The position numbers and the translations under genes are program-made. Source: Sphaerodactylus townsendi (taxonomy: Eukaryota). From it: a stretch of 64,000 nucleotides of DNA. This document shows positions 1 through 11,371 of this stretch, piece by piece; position 1 is the first letter of the stretch, and each line of letters opens with the position of its first letter. The notes under the pieces were generated by a model, which worked only from the letters and a program-made list of their open reading frames with translations, searched no databases and was not told the origin of the DNA. The stretch covers positions 31,248,001 to 31,312,000 of the forward strand of contig NC_059429.1 of NCBI RefSeq assembly GCF_021028975.2, written 5' to 3'.

Positions 1-200
1 TGTGCGGCATTCAATGGCAATCCTGCTGTTACCCCTTCTACTCATTTGTGCAGCCACCTTTTCAAACACATCCATGTTTATGTAGATGCATTTCAGGGTC
101 CTCTTTCCATATCCCAATGAGGTCCCTAGTTTCTGCTTCCCACCATGCAACCCCTGTACCAGGCCCTTTGCTGGAGCTTTCCCCCTGAAAATCCAGCAGT
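1..200 (-). mobile_element. PIF/Harbinger transposon remnant: Myb/SANT (trihelix) DNA-binding ORF fragment
   Basis: Minus-strand translation across one frameshift: GVAWWEAETRDLIGIWKE...NMDVFEKVAAQMSRRGNSRIAIECRT, matching the trihelix pattern W..ET..LI.IW.E...VF..VA..M..RG..R...CR; truncated by the window start. Confidence 0.7.
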
Positions 201-784
201 AGTGGCAGATGCAGATGCATTCATTCCAGTCATTGCAGTAGGTGTTTCGCTGTTTCGGACTTCTGCACGGTCGCTATCACACGTTTGCACGTTCACTGCT
301 TCGCTGCTCTGCTCCTCATACCCACGTTTCCATGTAGCCTCTGCTGGCATGAAACAAAAAAAATGGATGCATGTGCATTGCACACAGCCTGCTGCGCTTT
401 GATTGGCTGGAAGGCTCCGCGTCACTCCCTACGGCAGGAAAAACAAATCTAGATTGAAACCCTGATCCTCCCCACCGATCTGGATCCAATGCATGTTTTT
501 TAAAGAGGTGCGCTTTCTTAAAGAGGTGCAGGTTCTTAAAAAACACGCAATCAGGGGAGCGCCAGAACCGGGATGAATCTGTGTTCGGTGATCAAGCAGT
601 GGGGAGTACTTCCTGAAACCTGGGTGTATCACATGAATATCATGCAATTAATTGACCGTGGGGAATCCACCATAGAATCAGAAACTGGGTCTTTTTGGGT
701 TTCAGCACCACACTGGGTTTCTGGGTTTCAGCACCACTGTGCAGCTCCTCCATGCCCTTGCAATTGCTATTTCTGCTGGTGTAG

Positions 785-1060
785 GAGTAGTAGTGGTGTA
801 GTGGTTAAGAGCAGGTGCATTCTAATCTGGAGGCTTATCTAAGGAATTCAGATTAGCCTGTGCACTCCCACACATGCCAGCTGGGTGACCTTAGCCTAGT
901 CACAGTTTTTTGGAGCTCTCCCAGCCCCACCCACCTCACAGGATGTTTGTTGTGAGGGGGGAAGGGCAAGGAAATGGTAAGCCCCTTTGAGTCTCCTACA
1001 GGAAAGGGGGATATAAATTCAAACAACTCCTCCTCCTCTTCCTCCTCCTCTTCTTCTTCC
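785..1060 (+). mobile_element. tRNA-derived CORE-type squamate/gecko SINE
   Basis: A-box-like head GTGGTGTAGTGGTTAAGAGC, CORE-like CTGGGTGACCTT...CACCTCACAGG..GTTGTGAGG, (CTC/CTT)n tail; same family at 63846-64000. Confidence 0.8.
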
Positions 1061-2059
1061 TTACACCAGTGGGGTGGGTAAACAAGTCACTGCAGACCCC
1101 CCCACTCCCACTACCTGTTGTGCCCCTCACCTGAATTGTGCTCTTAAACTGTCTTGTATGGTGGTAGTGAGCACTAACATCAGTAAGCATGGAGACCCCT
1201 TATTGCCTCTTCTTCCTCACTACTACCCCAAATGGCTTCCAGAATACTGTTCCTGGGATATCAGGCATATTGTGAGATATGGGGAAACTCAAGTACAACA
1301 TTGGATATGGGGAAACTCAGCATCTGGCAAAAATTTATACCTGCCCCCCCCTTCCATCAGCAGAAATTTTTTGCAGGATCCAGTAAGGAGGTTGGGTCTG
1401 TATGTGAATATTCTTCTTCTCTTGTAAAATATGGATGCATTACAGGGGAAAATATATGTTAAAAGATGTACAAAAAATCCAGGTGCTATCATGATAGAGC
1501 CCATAATTCCCTTCACTGCAGCTTATTTTTTCAGTTAAATTCACATTACAGAAATAACAGATTCTGTAAAAATAAATTCCTAATTCAATGAAATCTGTTC
1601 TGATAAATCAGCCAGTGTTCTTTCCCAGTTTTTTTTAAATACATTAAAGATTTTGCAAAATAATAGCCTAAAAATGAATTTATAGTTAGTAACAAAATTT
1701 AATAGTAGTCAATTTTCCTTGGTAGTTTTAAGTTTCATGAATAATTTTTATACAATTTCCAGGCAGTGAATGTACATGCAACAATATTAAAATAACTTTT
1801 TCGTCATATCCATATCCAGTCCTTATTTTAATCATGTCATTTAGAGTCTTGTTACATCTTCCCCTCTGATAAAGATTCTACTATGTTTTTTGATCATGTT
1901 CAAGAAAACAGGTCAGTTTTTTAATGACAGTAGGCAGTATGGTGGACTGCAATATTTGTGATGTATGTGGACTCATTTTTTAAAATACTGTTTTTAAATT
2001 CTGACAGACTTTGTGTTTTTGGGAGCTACTTTCATTTTTTTTCCATTTCATTTCATTGA

Positions 2060-2542
2060 AGTAAGCCGGTGGAGCAATGGAAACTGCTCGCATGGATCTG
2101 TGCGGGCAGTCCCGACACTGCTGCTGCTGCAGGGGCGGCTCTGCACAGAACCGCCTCTGCTGTGTGACAGGAACTTACCTTGCCTTGTATGCAGCTTGGG
2201 GCAGCTGCAAAGACATGCCCACGCTGCCCTCCAACCTCCAGAGGTCAGAAGGCAGCACGGGCATGTCTTTGCAGCCTTCCCGAGCTGCACACAGAAGGCA
2301 AGGTAAGTTCCTGTTTCACAGCACAGGGGCCAAAAGTGGTGCCCTCTTGCCGGTGCAGTTCACACTGTGCCAGCAGGAAGATGCCGCTTTTGGAAAACCT
2401 CACTCCATGAGCAAGGTTTAAAAGCGGCATATTTGTGCAACTTGGGGCCGATGCAGCAGCACCAGCTGTGTGAACAGCTCCCCAGGGACAGCGTTTTTGT
2501 CATCCCTATTTGGATTTTGTATTCCGCTCGTGTGGAAAGGAC
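2060..2542. mobile_element. Palindromic non-autonomous DNA transposon fragment (Harbinger-like)
   Basis: Internal hairpin about 2158-2323 (ACAGGAACTTACCTTGCC / GGCAAGGTAAGTTCCTGT); right end GTGTGGAAAGG resembles TIRs of other MITEs in the window. Confidence 0.5.
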
Positions 2543-4434
2543 TCAAGATTAGAAGACATGATGCAAACGTTTTGAATAAATAAAATCTCTGTAACATCTT
2601 GGGCCAACCTTACACACAATGTACACAACAAGAAAATAAAGTGAGCCAGTCCCTAATGCTCCTTAGTTATAGCAAGTGGCAGGAAAAAAAACTTGAGTGG
2701 TTCTGTCACACCTCACTGGAAGTCTGAGTGTTCTCTTCTCTCTACTATTTTGCATTAAGCAGGCAATAGCAGTCCCTGGGTTGGTATTGTAACACTTTAG
2801 CAGCTCTTTCCAAAACTAATGAAGCTTGTGTCTATTCAGAGCAGCCCAAATGGAAGTCCCAGAACTGCATTTACAACACTTATGCAACACAAATTGATAA
2901 CAAGGAGGATTTGGTCTGAGTTCATCAGCCTCCCCTTTGTTGCATAGGGATTGTACTATATCAAGTCTGGTGAGGAAGAAAATGTCCAGTTTTCTAAATG
3001 TGCTCTGCAGATGACATTTCCAGGCACTGATGGCAAAAAAGTGAAACCTCTCAAAAGTTTGTTGTGTTTTATATGCAAAAGAATATATCAGAGAACCATC
3101 TCTTAACTGGTGAAAACCAGTGCATGCCATTCTTAGTGGAGTTGCATCATTTTGTAGACCTAAATATAAAAATACATATTATTTAGGCAAATACAAAATC
3201 CTGAAGAGAAATTTCAGTGTGGAATCCGTTATCAGGTAGGATGGAAAGGTTTCTGTGGGTTTCTATGAGCGGAGGTTTCATCTGCCTATTCTGGTGAATT
3301 CTTGTCCTATTTGGATTGGTGTGCTTGATATTTTAACATTAGACAGCACCAGCATGCTTATTTTTCCCGAGGCATGGGGATGAATTATGAGGCAGAGGGG
3401 TCCTGAGATTTCAGGCTGTTGTTGCGGACTGCATTGTTTAAAAACTTTTAAAACATGCAAACAAACAAAACAAGCAATCTAGTGCACAGAGTGAAGTTTT
3501 CCTCAGTTTTGGTCCTGCTTGCTTTATTCATGTAGGCTCCACCTGAAGTTTGAAATGATACAATCCTAAAAACTTGGTTCTATTAGTGATACCACCCAAA
3601 TTTAGTAAACTCAGAATGCAATCTTTTGTGGTTGTGGAGGAGCCAAAGATCACCCAGGATTCCCCAGAAGGAATGGTATTTCCTTAGGCACAGGGCAGCA
3701 CTGGCAGGCTTTCTGTGTGATGAAGTTTGGTCTGTCTCTATTTTCTGTTGGCTTGGGCTAACGAGTGGAGATGGCCCTACTTCTTACCAAAATTAAGTGT
3801 GTAGATGATGAAATTATAGCCTCTGACACTGCTGAGTCTCCTCCTTCCCTCCCGCCCACATAAGCAAAACAGAATGGCTGCCAGAGTTTCCAGCTTCCCC
3901 TAATCCCTTTCTTACTCTTCTGTAATAAAAAGGACAATCTAATGGTGGAGGTGGGTGCTATAGAAACACTGCTGTAAAGTAACCTAATATGAATAAGAGG
4001 TTTACAGCCCAATTCAGAGGCTGCACAAGCTACAGATGGCATTGCTGCTGCATCACCTCCAGAGGGCTTCTAGGTGGTGCAAAGAGGCAGCAAATATCAG
4101 GAAAACTCCATCTGCTTGAATGCTTTCCATTGCCCAAAATGGAGCTTTTGGGTGGCATAAGTCTGAGGGCTACACTGGGATTGCTCCTGGGTTGAAAGTC
4201 CAGTGGAAGCCAATTAAAGTCAGTTCTATCCCCAGGAATGCCCCTATCCCAACCTCAGCTGCACCGGTATCCAGATTTAGGCCGGCACAGCTCTGCAGGG
4301 TGCAGGCTTTTATGGGTTGGGTGCCTTGGAACTCCACAACATCTTCCTGCCTCCCTGTTTGCCCTTACCACCTGCATAATTACCACATATGCCACTGAGG
4401 AGGGCAAACATGCCAGTACAGCCCCCCACCAGCT

Positions 4435-4561
4435 NNNNNNNNNNNNNNNNNNNNNNNNNNNNNNNNNNNNNNNNNNNNNNNNNNNNNNNNNNNNNNNNNN
4501 NNNNNNNNNNNNNNNNNNNNNNNNNNNNNNNNNNNNNNNNNNNNNNNNNNNNNNNNNNNNN
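4435..4561. other. Assembly gap (127 N)
   Basis: Run of n. Confidence 1.
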
Positions 4562-4774
4562 NTTTACTTAAGCTGATTTAAAAAACCTCCCTTACAAAGT
4601 TTTAAGAGAACTGAATAATCAGTGGCCACTGGTTCTTGTTATAAGGTTTCTGAGACCTGAAATCTCTTTTGGTTATCTTATGGATTTATTATGAATAAAA
4701 TTATAAGTTGTGAGGTGTTCAGATATGTTTTTCAGAGACATTTTTATTAGATGGGAATGCTTTTGGGGGCATAG

Positions 4775-5083
4775 TGTAAGGAACCTCAAAGGACTCGAAA
4801 CAAAGTAACTGAGTTCAGTACGTTTATTTCATAAACTTCAATGATTGCAATACACAGAACACGGATTCTGACTTTCCCGGGCTTAAGGTGTCGCTTTTAC
4901 GGAACCTTCAGCCACCTCCCCCAAACGTCCCAGCAGAATTCCCACGACAGAACAGAAACAAGCTTCAAACACACAAGATAATCACAGCAAGGTTAAGGCC
5001 ACAACCACCCCGGGCACGAAGCCCAGAACGAGGAATGCGCCAAGGCCAGGCAGAAAGAGCAGAAACTAACCCCCACCCTTACA
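4775..5083 (-). repeat. Gypsy 3' LTR
   Basis: Direct repeat of 9348-9656 with 3 differences by manual comparison; G-rich PPT-like tract at 5084-5111 on the minus strand. Confidence 0.97.
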
Positions 5084-5109
5084 CTGGCCTCCACCACGAA
5101 AGCCCCTCC

Positions 5110-8100
5110 CCTGGTTTATGAGGGAAAGCCTTTATGAAAAGCAGCGCAATCAAAGGGGGCCAATATTTTCAACATACACCCATTTATTATCGCCTGAGGG
5201 ATATCCCACCCAGGAAACCAAATATTGCAAATGCTCTATGTGATGTAACGAGAATCCAGAATAGCCGATTTTCAGAGTGTTTGTGGCCATCAACGATCAC
5301 CGGCAGGGGAACCTCCGCGGTCGCGTACAAACATCTGGAATCTGGAGCCCACTTGAGTAAGCTTAGAATGAAATACAGGGTGAATATTACTGAGAGAATT
5401 GGGCAATTCTAACCGAAAGAAGTCAGCATCGCTGATCACCTGGGTGATCCAAACGGGCCTATGAATTTCTTTTGCCTAGCTTGGAATATTTATGCACATC
5501 CCTAAGGTTTTGGTAGACAAATAAACCCACGCCTCTACACTTGCAGAGGAAAATCCATTCTATGTTTGTCCGCTTTGTCTTTTTTTGGGCTTCCTGGCGC
5601 TTACAGTGAGGAAGAAACGGATTTCCAGCCTTCAGCTAGAGACCGGATCCAGCTCACCAAAGTCAGGGGGTTGGAGTGCATGATCGGGGAGCTAGGGTAA
5701 CGGGGAAACGAATCCACCCGAGACCACTTCAAACGGAGTTTTATTGGTGCTGCTGTGAACCGCTTGTTGTGCAGGCATACTACCGGCTTAAGGGAAGAAG
5801 CTCCGGCCCAGTTATCCTGATGATAGTTGGTGTAGCAACGTAGGTACTGCTCTGCTGCTCTGTTGGTCCGGCTCGGTCTGGCCGCCACTTTGCATCGCGG
5901 TGTAATGGGCAGCCAGTTAAGCCAGCCGAGGCCGCTCCCTAACAACTCCAGGGACGCTTTTCCAAAACTTAGATATGAACTGTGGGCCCCTGTCGGAGAT
6001 CACTCTCCTCGCCGGCATGAGTGCAAACGATATGTTGAATAAACAATTTGGCCAATTTAGGCCGAGGGAATGGTGGAACATGGAACTAAGGCGCTTCTGT
6101 TTGGAAAAAAAAGAGGTCCACCACCACCCAAAGTACTGTATTAGCATGGCTTTTGGGGAGATCTGTGATGAAATCCATGGAAATCACTTGCCACGGCCGG
6201 AGCCGGGGATGGGGCGAGGTAATCCGCGGCGCTTACCAGGGATGGCCTTAGCCTCGACGCATGTCGACACCCTTTATGTATGCCTTCAATCGTCCTTTAT
6301 GCGCATGGTGCGCCACCAAAACTGCCTCCTCTAAGTAGGTGAAGCGCTTTCAAAAAAATCCAAAGTGTCCCGCTTTGTCGAAGCGCCATGACCGCCAGTA
6401 GAACCTGCTTACGAGGGGCCGGTGGATCGCACTCAGCAGTCACCCCATCTCCAAACTCCCCTTGCAACTGCAGGAGGGGGTCAGATTCCTCTTCGAACCT
6501 CCTGTCGTCCCCGCTTCCTCCAGGTGACGTGTAGGAAACGGAGGTACAACGCCCAGGACCTTCATGGGGAATGTTTTGGGGCGAACTGTCTGGGATCGGG
6601 TTAAGCAGCCAAGCCCAATTGAGAAGATGTGAGAACAGTGCCAGGCATGGCGCCAGAAGGAAGTGTCCGGCCCCCTTTGGGAGAGGCGGACAGGGCCAGC
6701 TAATTTGTTGCTATTACCAGGGAAAAAATGGACAGTGAAGTTGAATCTGGGAGAAAAGTCCGCCCCATCTTAATTGTTTGGCACATTTTGAGTGGAGTAG
6801 ACAAAGCTGCCAACTTTTTATGATCCGACGCCTTCTGTTTAAAGGGGTGGTGGTGTATTTGGATGACGTTCTAATATATTCCCAAACGATGGAAGAGCAT
6901 GAACGTTTGGTAAGGGCATTCCAGCCAATGCCGCCACGTAGACAAAGCCTCCTTAATGGCTGCCGTTTCTTTATCCCCAACCGTCCAGTTGAGTTCAGGG
7001 TCGGACAGTTTTTTTGATAAATAAGCACACGGTAATGAAGTTTGTTATCTTAATTTTTCTGCAAGAGTGCTGCTCCTAGGTTTATCCGGCTACTGACATG
7101 CAATGCGCATGAAAGGCAAAGTGGGATCTGGGTGTTTCAAAATGGGTTCGGTAGTAAAAGCTGTCTGAAGAGCCTGAAACTATTTTTGACAATCAGGGGA
7201 CCAGGGGAGGGGAGCCCTGGGTTTCGATGCCTGGGGTCCCTTTCCTTTGGTACGCAGTAAGTCTGTGAGTGGTAGAGCAAGCTTAGCAAATTGGGGAATA
7301 AAATCTCGATAAAAGTTCACAAAACCTAGAAACGATTGAAGTTCCTTACGGATGGTGGGTATCGCCAATTCACTCACAGCTGCAACTTTTGCCTCGATCC
7401 ATCTCCAGCCCTCTGAGAGATCCATACCCTAATAGTCATAGGTGGAGCCCTTCCTAGATAGCCATCCACTTTATCAGTTTCTACCAGCATGGCCAATTGG
7501 CCATGCTGTCAGAGGCTGATGGGAATTGTAGTTCCTGAACATCTGGAGAGCCTCAGGTTCCCTACCCCTGCCCTAGGTAATCCATGGAGGTTTGGTGGAA
7601 AGCACATTTGGACAGTTTTGCGAAGAGGGAGTTATCGAAAGCAGACATTGCAACACAGCCCCTGACCAAGCCGCTCATGCTCTTCCATCATTTGGGAATA
7701 TATTAGAACGCCATCCAAATACACCACCACCCCTTTAAACAGAAAAAATCTTGTAGAACGCCGCTGATAAGTGATATGGAAAGCCCCTGGGGCTCGGATA
7801 ATCCGGAATGGCATTACAAGATATTCATACTGGCCAAATTTGGTATTAAATGCTGTTAAATGCTCAAACCCTCAGCAATTGCATCGTAATAATCCTCCCT
7901 CAGATCCAGTTTGGTAAAAATACTTCCTTTCCCCAAGGCATCGAAAGCAGGTCCTTGATGAGGGGCAAGGGTATTTATTTGACAGCAAAACAGCGCTTTT
8001 GAGACCACGATAATCAGTGCACAGACGAGGGTTCCATCTTTTTTTTCACAAACAAAACGGGTGCCGCGGGTGCTCTTGGTGGCTCGGGCTAATGAAACCG

Positions 8101-8245
8101 CAAGCCAGATTCTTATCGAGAAAGGCTCAAGTTCCTTCTCCTCGGGTTGGGCTCATCCGGATATATTCTACCCTTTTTGGGAGTTGTGCCCCTGGGACCA
8201 AGAGGATTTTACAGTCTGTGTCCCTATGGGGGGGAGTTGATTGCA
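5110..8245 (-). pseudogene. pol: Gypsy pol (RT, RNase H, integrase, chromodomain), many frameshifts
   Basis: FNTKFGQYEYLVMPF, FKGVVVYLDGVLIYS, ELQSFLGFVNFYRDFIPQFA, WRHWLE, SDRGPQFISKFW, EQYLRCY.NYHQDNW; chromodomain-like LQYLVSW...DNKWV near 5170-5290. Confidence 0.92.
7430..7570. mobile_element. hAT (Charlie-like) MITE inserted in Gypsy RT; left arm garbled
   Basis: Right arm and centre match the MITE at 56170-56317. Confidence 0.85.
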
Positions 8246-9347
8246 CTCCTGTTCACGTTGCAGTCTATCCCGTTCTCTACGTTGCAGTTCCGCCTCGACT
8301 ACTCCTTGGTTTTCCAGCACTTTAAGGCATTCATGGCGAGCGCTGGAGCTCGAAGTCTGGAGTGTTCTAGGACTCGATCACGGGAAGTGAGGTCTTTGAG
8401 GAACTGGTCTCTCAGGACATCCTTCTCGCGGAAAGTTCCGGCTTCCATGGCTCGGCGCTGCTGTTCACGCTCTTGTTCTAAGGCCGCGCCTTTTTTCGAG
8501 CCATCCGCCTCTGCTCCCCAGTCCCGCTTTGGTTCTCTTCTTCAAGAGCCTCCATCTGTTCCCAAAGATCCAAACCGGGGACGCTTCGCATCCGCGGCAG
8601 GTAGAGCGTAGCCCCATCAACTCAGATCTGAGGCGGCACCGCTAAGGGGCATGGCCGCCAGCTTCCTCGGTGATCCGATAAGTCCGGAGGGTCACAGGTA
8701 CGGGCATCTTCTGCTAAAATGAGCCTGAGTCTGGAAGTTTTAGGTAACTCCAACACTTCCTCCTCAGAGTCCTGGGTCGTTGGGGGCTGAAAGCCTTCGG
8801 CGCACTCCAGTGCTCTGCCAGTGATCTTCGGGAGGGGATCCTCGAGGTATTGATCCAGGAATCTTGCCAGGACTCTTCTGTGTCCCCGCGGATGGTTGAT
8901 ACCCCGATTCTCCTCAACCCGGCCGTGATCACCGGGTTTGTAATCCATATGCTGGCGGGTGGTGAAATGTTGCCCAGGGGTGCGACCATCGATCGTAGAA
9001 ATCCTGACGCACTTCCAGGTGGTCAGTCAAAACCGCGGCGCCGAGCCATCAGGGGGCTTCTTCCACTTGCTCATGCAGTTGGAGGAAGGCTAAGCTCCGG
9101 CTGAGCTGAGGCTTAGAGAGGGTCACCAGGGAGACGGGTTCCACTGGCTCCTCCAGAGAGACCGCTAGTGGAAGGGAAGATATGGAGCCCTCTTTGGGGG
9201 CTACCACAGTCTTGCCGCCTTCCAAGTGCGATGAACTCTCGGTGTTCAATCCCTGCATGTCATTGGGCATCAGGGATCCACAAAACGGATGGAAAATGGT
9301 AGTGAATCAAAATCAATCCGAAGATAGAGAAGTGAGAATCCGCATAA

Positions 9348-9656
9348 TGTAAGGAACCTCAAAGGACTCGAAACAAAGTAACTGAGTTCAGTACGTTTAT
9401 TTCATAAACTTCAATGATCACAATACACAGAACACGGATTCTGACTTTCCCGGGCTTAAGGTGTTGCTTTTACGGAACCTTCAGCCACCTCCCCCAAACG
9501 TCCCAGCAGAATTCCCACGACAGAACAGAAACAAGCTTCAAACACACAAGATAATCACAGCAAGGTTAAGGCCACAACCACCCCGGGCACGAAGCCCAGA
9601 ACGAGGAATGCGCCAAGGCCAGGCAGAAAGAGCAGAAACTAACCCCCACCCTTACA
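9348..9656 (-). repeat. Gypsy 5' LTR
   Basis: As above; contains TAAAA (9472-9468) and AATAAA on the minus strand. Confidence 0.97.
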
Positions 9657-10180
9657 CATAGGTTATAGGCTTGTTTTTCAGAAATTGTTTACTAAAACGG
9701 ATGCTTAGAGCTCGCAAGAAAAGAGGAAGTGGTGTGCCTGCATGCAAGAAAAGAGGAAGTGGCACTATCATGTGGGGATCGCTTACGGGTACACTGGTAT
9801 AAAAATACTGTTAACTGGACATAACCGTTGTTCTAGCTGGAAATAACCATTGCTTAATTACCTGTTGCTTTAACTGCTGAAACTAACAGAAAAACAAGTA
9901 TAGGGGGTTTTCGGGGTGGGCTTAATGAGATCATTGTACTGCATTTTGATAGGAAGATTGTGAGCCTTGGGCCAGCCTAGAGGGCCTTGTGGCATCTTGG
10001 GATTGGTCCAAGAGACAGAGAGGGATGCTTTAAATTGAGCTGCACTGCGATGCAGACTTCAGGGAGCCACACCTTGGTTCCCTCCACCTCTGCAGAAGTG
10101 TACCTAAATAAACTGCTTACTGCTGAATGCTGCGTTTGTGAGTATTAATTTGGAATATTTGACAATGCTCCATAACAATT

Positions 10181-10198
10181 TGGTGTTAGAAGTGGGAT
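10181..10198 (+). promoter_or_regulatory. ERV primer binding site, tRNA-Leu(CAA)-like
   Basis: TGGTGTTAGAAGTGGGAT, 3 nt after the LTR; one mismatch to the complement of the vertebrate tRNA-Leu(CAA) 3' end (TGGTGTCAGAAGTGGGAT). Confidence 0.8.
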
Positions 10199-10447
10199 AG
10201 TGGTGCCCGTTTGGGCCAGAGGGGTTCGACCCCTCTTGACCGAAGAGAAAAAGGAGCGACTCGTGTGGGAACAGGGAGGCGCCCCGGCCTTCATTTGGTT
10301 CGGCCCGCTTCCCACGATAGTCCCTCCGTTTCTCCACGTCAAGAGCCCCAGCACAGCAGCAGTAACCAGTCGCCAGCAGTGGCCATTGAAAGACGTCGTC
10401 TGACTGGGTGAGTTACCATTATCCTCCAAAGTCCCTATATTAAGAAG

Positions 10448-10747
10448 ATGGGCAATAGGGTGGGAGGCAAGGGAAAGGCCAAGGGAAAGGCCAAAGGGAA
10501 AAAGGAAGGGATTCTCGAGGGAGACGTCCCACCTGCAAAGCCTGAGAAGAAGCAGGTAGAGATCCCGGAGAACAGTCCACTAGGCCAGGTACTCAGGACG
10601 TGGGAGGCCATAGAAGGGACTGTAAACCTCCAAAGGAATTCAATGGTAAAGCTCTGTACAGATGTCATGGTGCAGACAGTAAGAGAAGTTATAAAGACTG
10701 GTCAGTCAGCCCAACGAATGGTAGGGCCTGTGCGAAATGATAGATAG
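10448..10747 (+). pseudogene. gag: ERV gag remnant 1 (matrix N-terminus, HERV-I/IP-like)
   Basis: MGNRVGGK...EIPENSPLGQVLRTWEAIEGTVNLQRNSMVKLC; myristoylation-type MG start and IP..SPLG..L..W motif; capsid deleted. Confidence 0.75.
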
Positions 10748-10858
10748 GATAAGAGAGGAGGCCACACAGGATGGATGGGAAGGAAACAAGAGGTTCCTCC
10801 CATCTCCGGGTGGATGGGGAGGAAACAAGAGGTTCTTCCCTTCTCCCCCGGGTGAGAC

Positions 10859-11371
10859 ATGGCGGCTACAGACAGAGGGAGAAGCCCTCGGTTGCCCCGT
10901 GATGTCTGCGCCATCTGTGGTCAGGTTGGGCATGTTACTATATTCACTGATTCCAAATATGTATGTGGGGTGACCCATGTGTTTGGACGAATCTGGAAGG
11001 AAAGAGGGCTTTTGAGTGCCAAGGGAAAGACGGTAGTGCACAAGTGTTGGAGGCTCTCCAGGGACCTGCTCAAGTGAGGGGTCACCAGAAAGGGGATGAC
11101 CATGGAGGCCATTGGGAATAGGTATGCTGATGAAGCGGCTAAACAGGCAGCTATGGAAAAGGAGCCCCTTGAGTCTGTGTTGGCTACCCTAGTACCGGTG
11201 GGGAAGGGAGTAGATGCCCCACTGGTATATACGCAAAAGGAAGAGGAACTTGCAGATAGGCAAGGAGCCAGTCAGGATAAAGGTCGCCTGGTCCTGCCAG
11301 ATGGAAGGATTTGGCTTCCAGAGGGAATGGCAAGGGAAGTCCTAAAGGCATTGCAGAAGGAGCCCTACTGA
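10859..11371 (+). pseudogene. pol: ERV NC zinc-knuckle fragment fused to RNase H and the pre-integrase linker
   Basis: DVCAICGQVGH directly followed by VTIFTDSKYVCGVTHVFGRIWKERGLL; then GNRYADEAAKQAA and LPDGRIWLPE. Confidence 0.85.

Larger units (their letters stand above)
4775..9656 (-). mobile_element. Gypsy/Ty3 chromoviral LTR retrotransposon (Tf1/sushi group) nested in the ERV 5' LTR
   Basis: 309-bp LTRs TGTAAGG...CCTTACA; 5-bp TSD CATAG (4770-4774, 9657-9661); order RT-RNase H-integrase-chromodomain on the minus strand. Confidence 0.96.
4676..10177 (+). repeat. ERV 5' LTR (about 615 bp; 4676-4774 plus 9662-10177), split by the Gypsy insertion
   Basis: Colinear with 15206-15795 once 4775-9661 is removed; ends CCATAACA; start reads TCTTATGG versus TGTTATGG in the 3' copy. 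Confidence 0.93.

Noticed and set aside
1277-1320. Short direct repeats (also 10770-10845, 39797-39830, 56678-56705); CRISPR-like array considered
   Set aside because: Two- or three-unit slippage duplications in eukaryotic DNA; no spacer array or cas genes.
4888-5121. Duplicated ORF MSLLRNLQPPPP (also 9461-9661)
   Set aside because: Antisense reading of the two Gypsy LTRs with a non-ATG start; not a gene.
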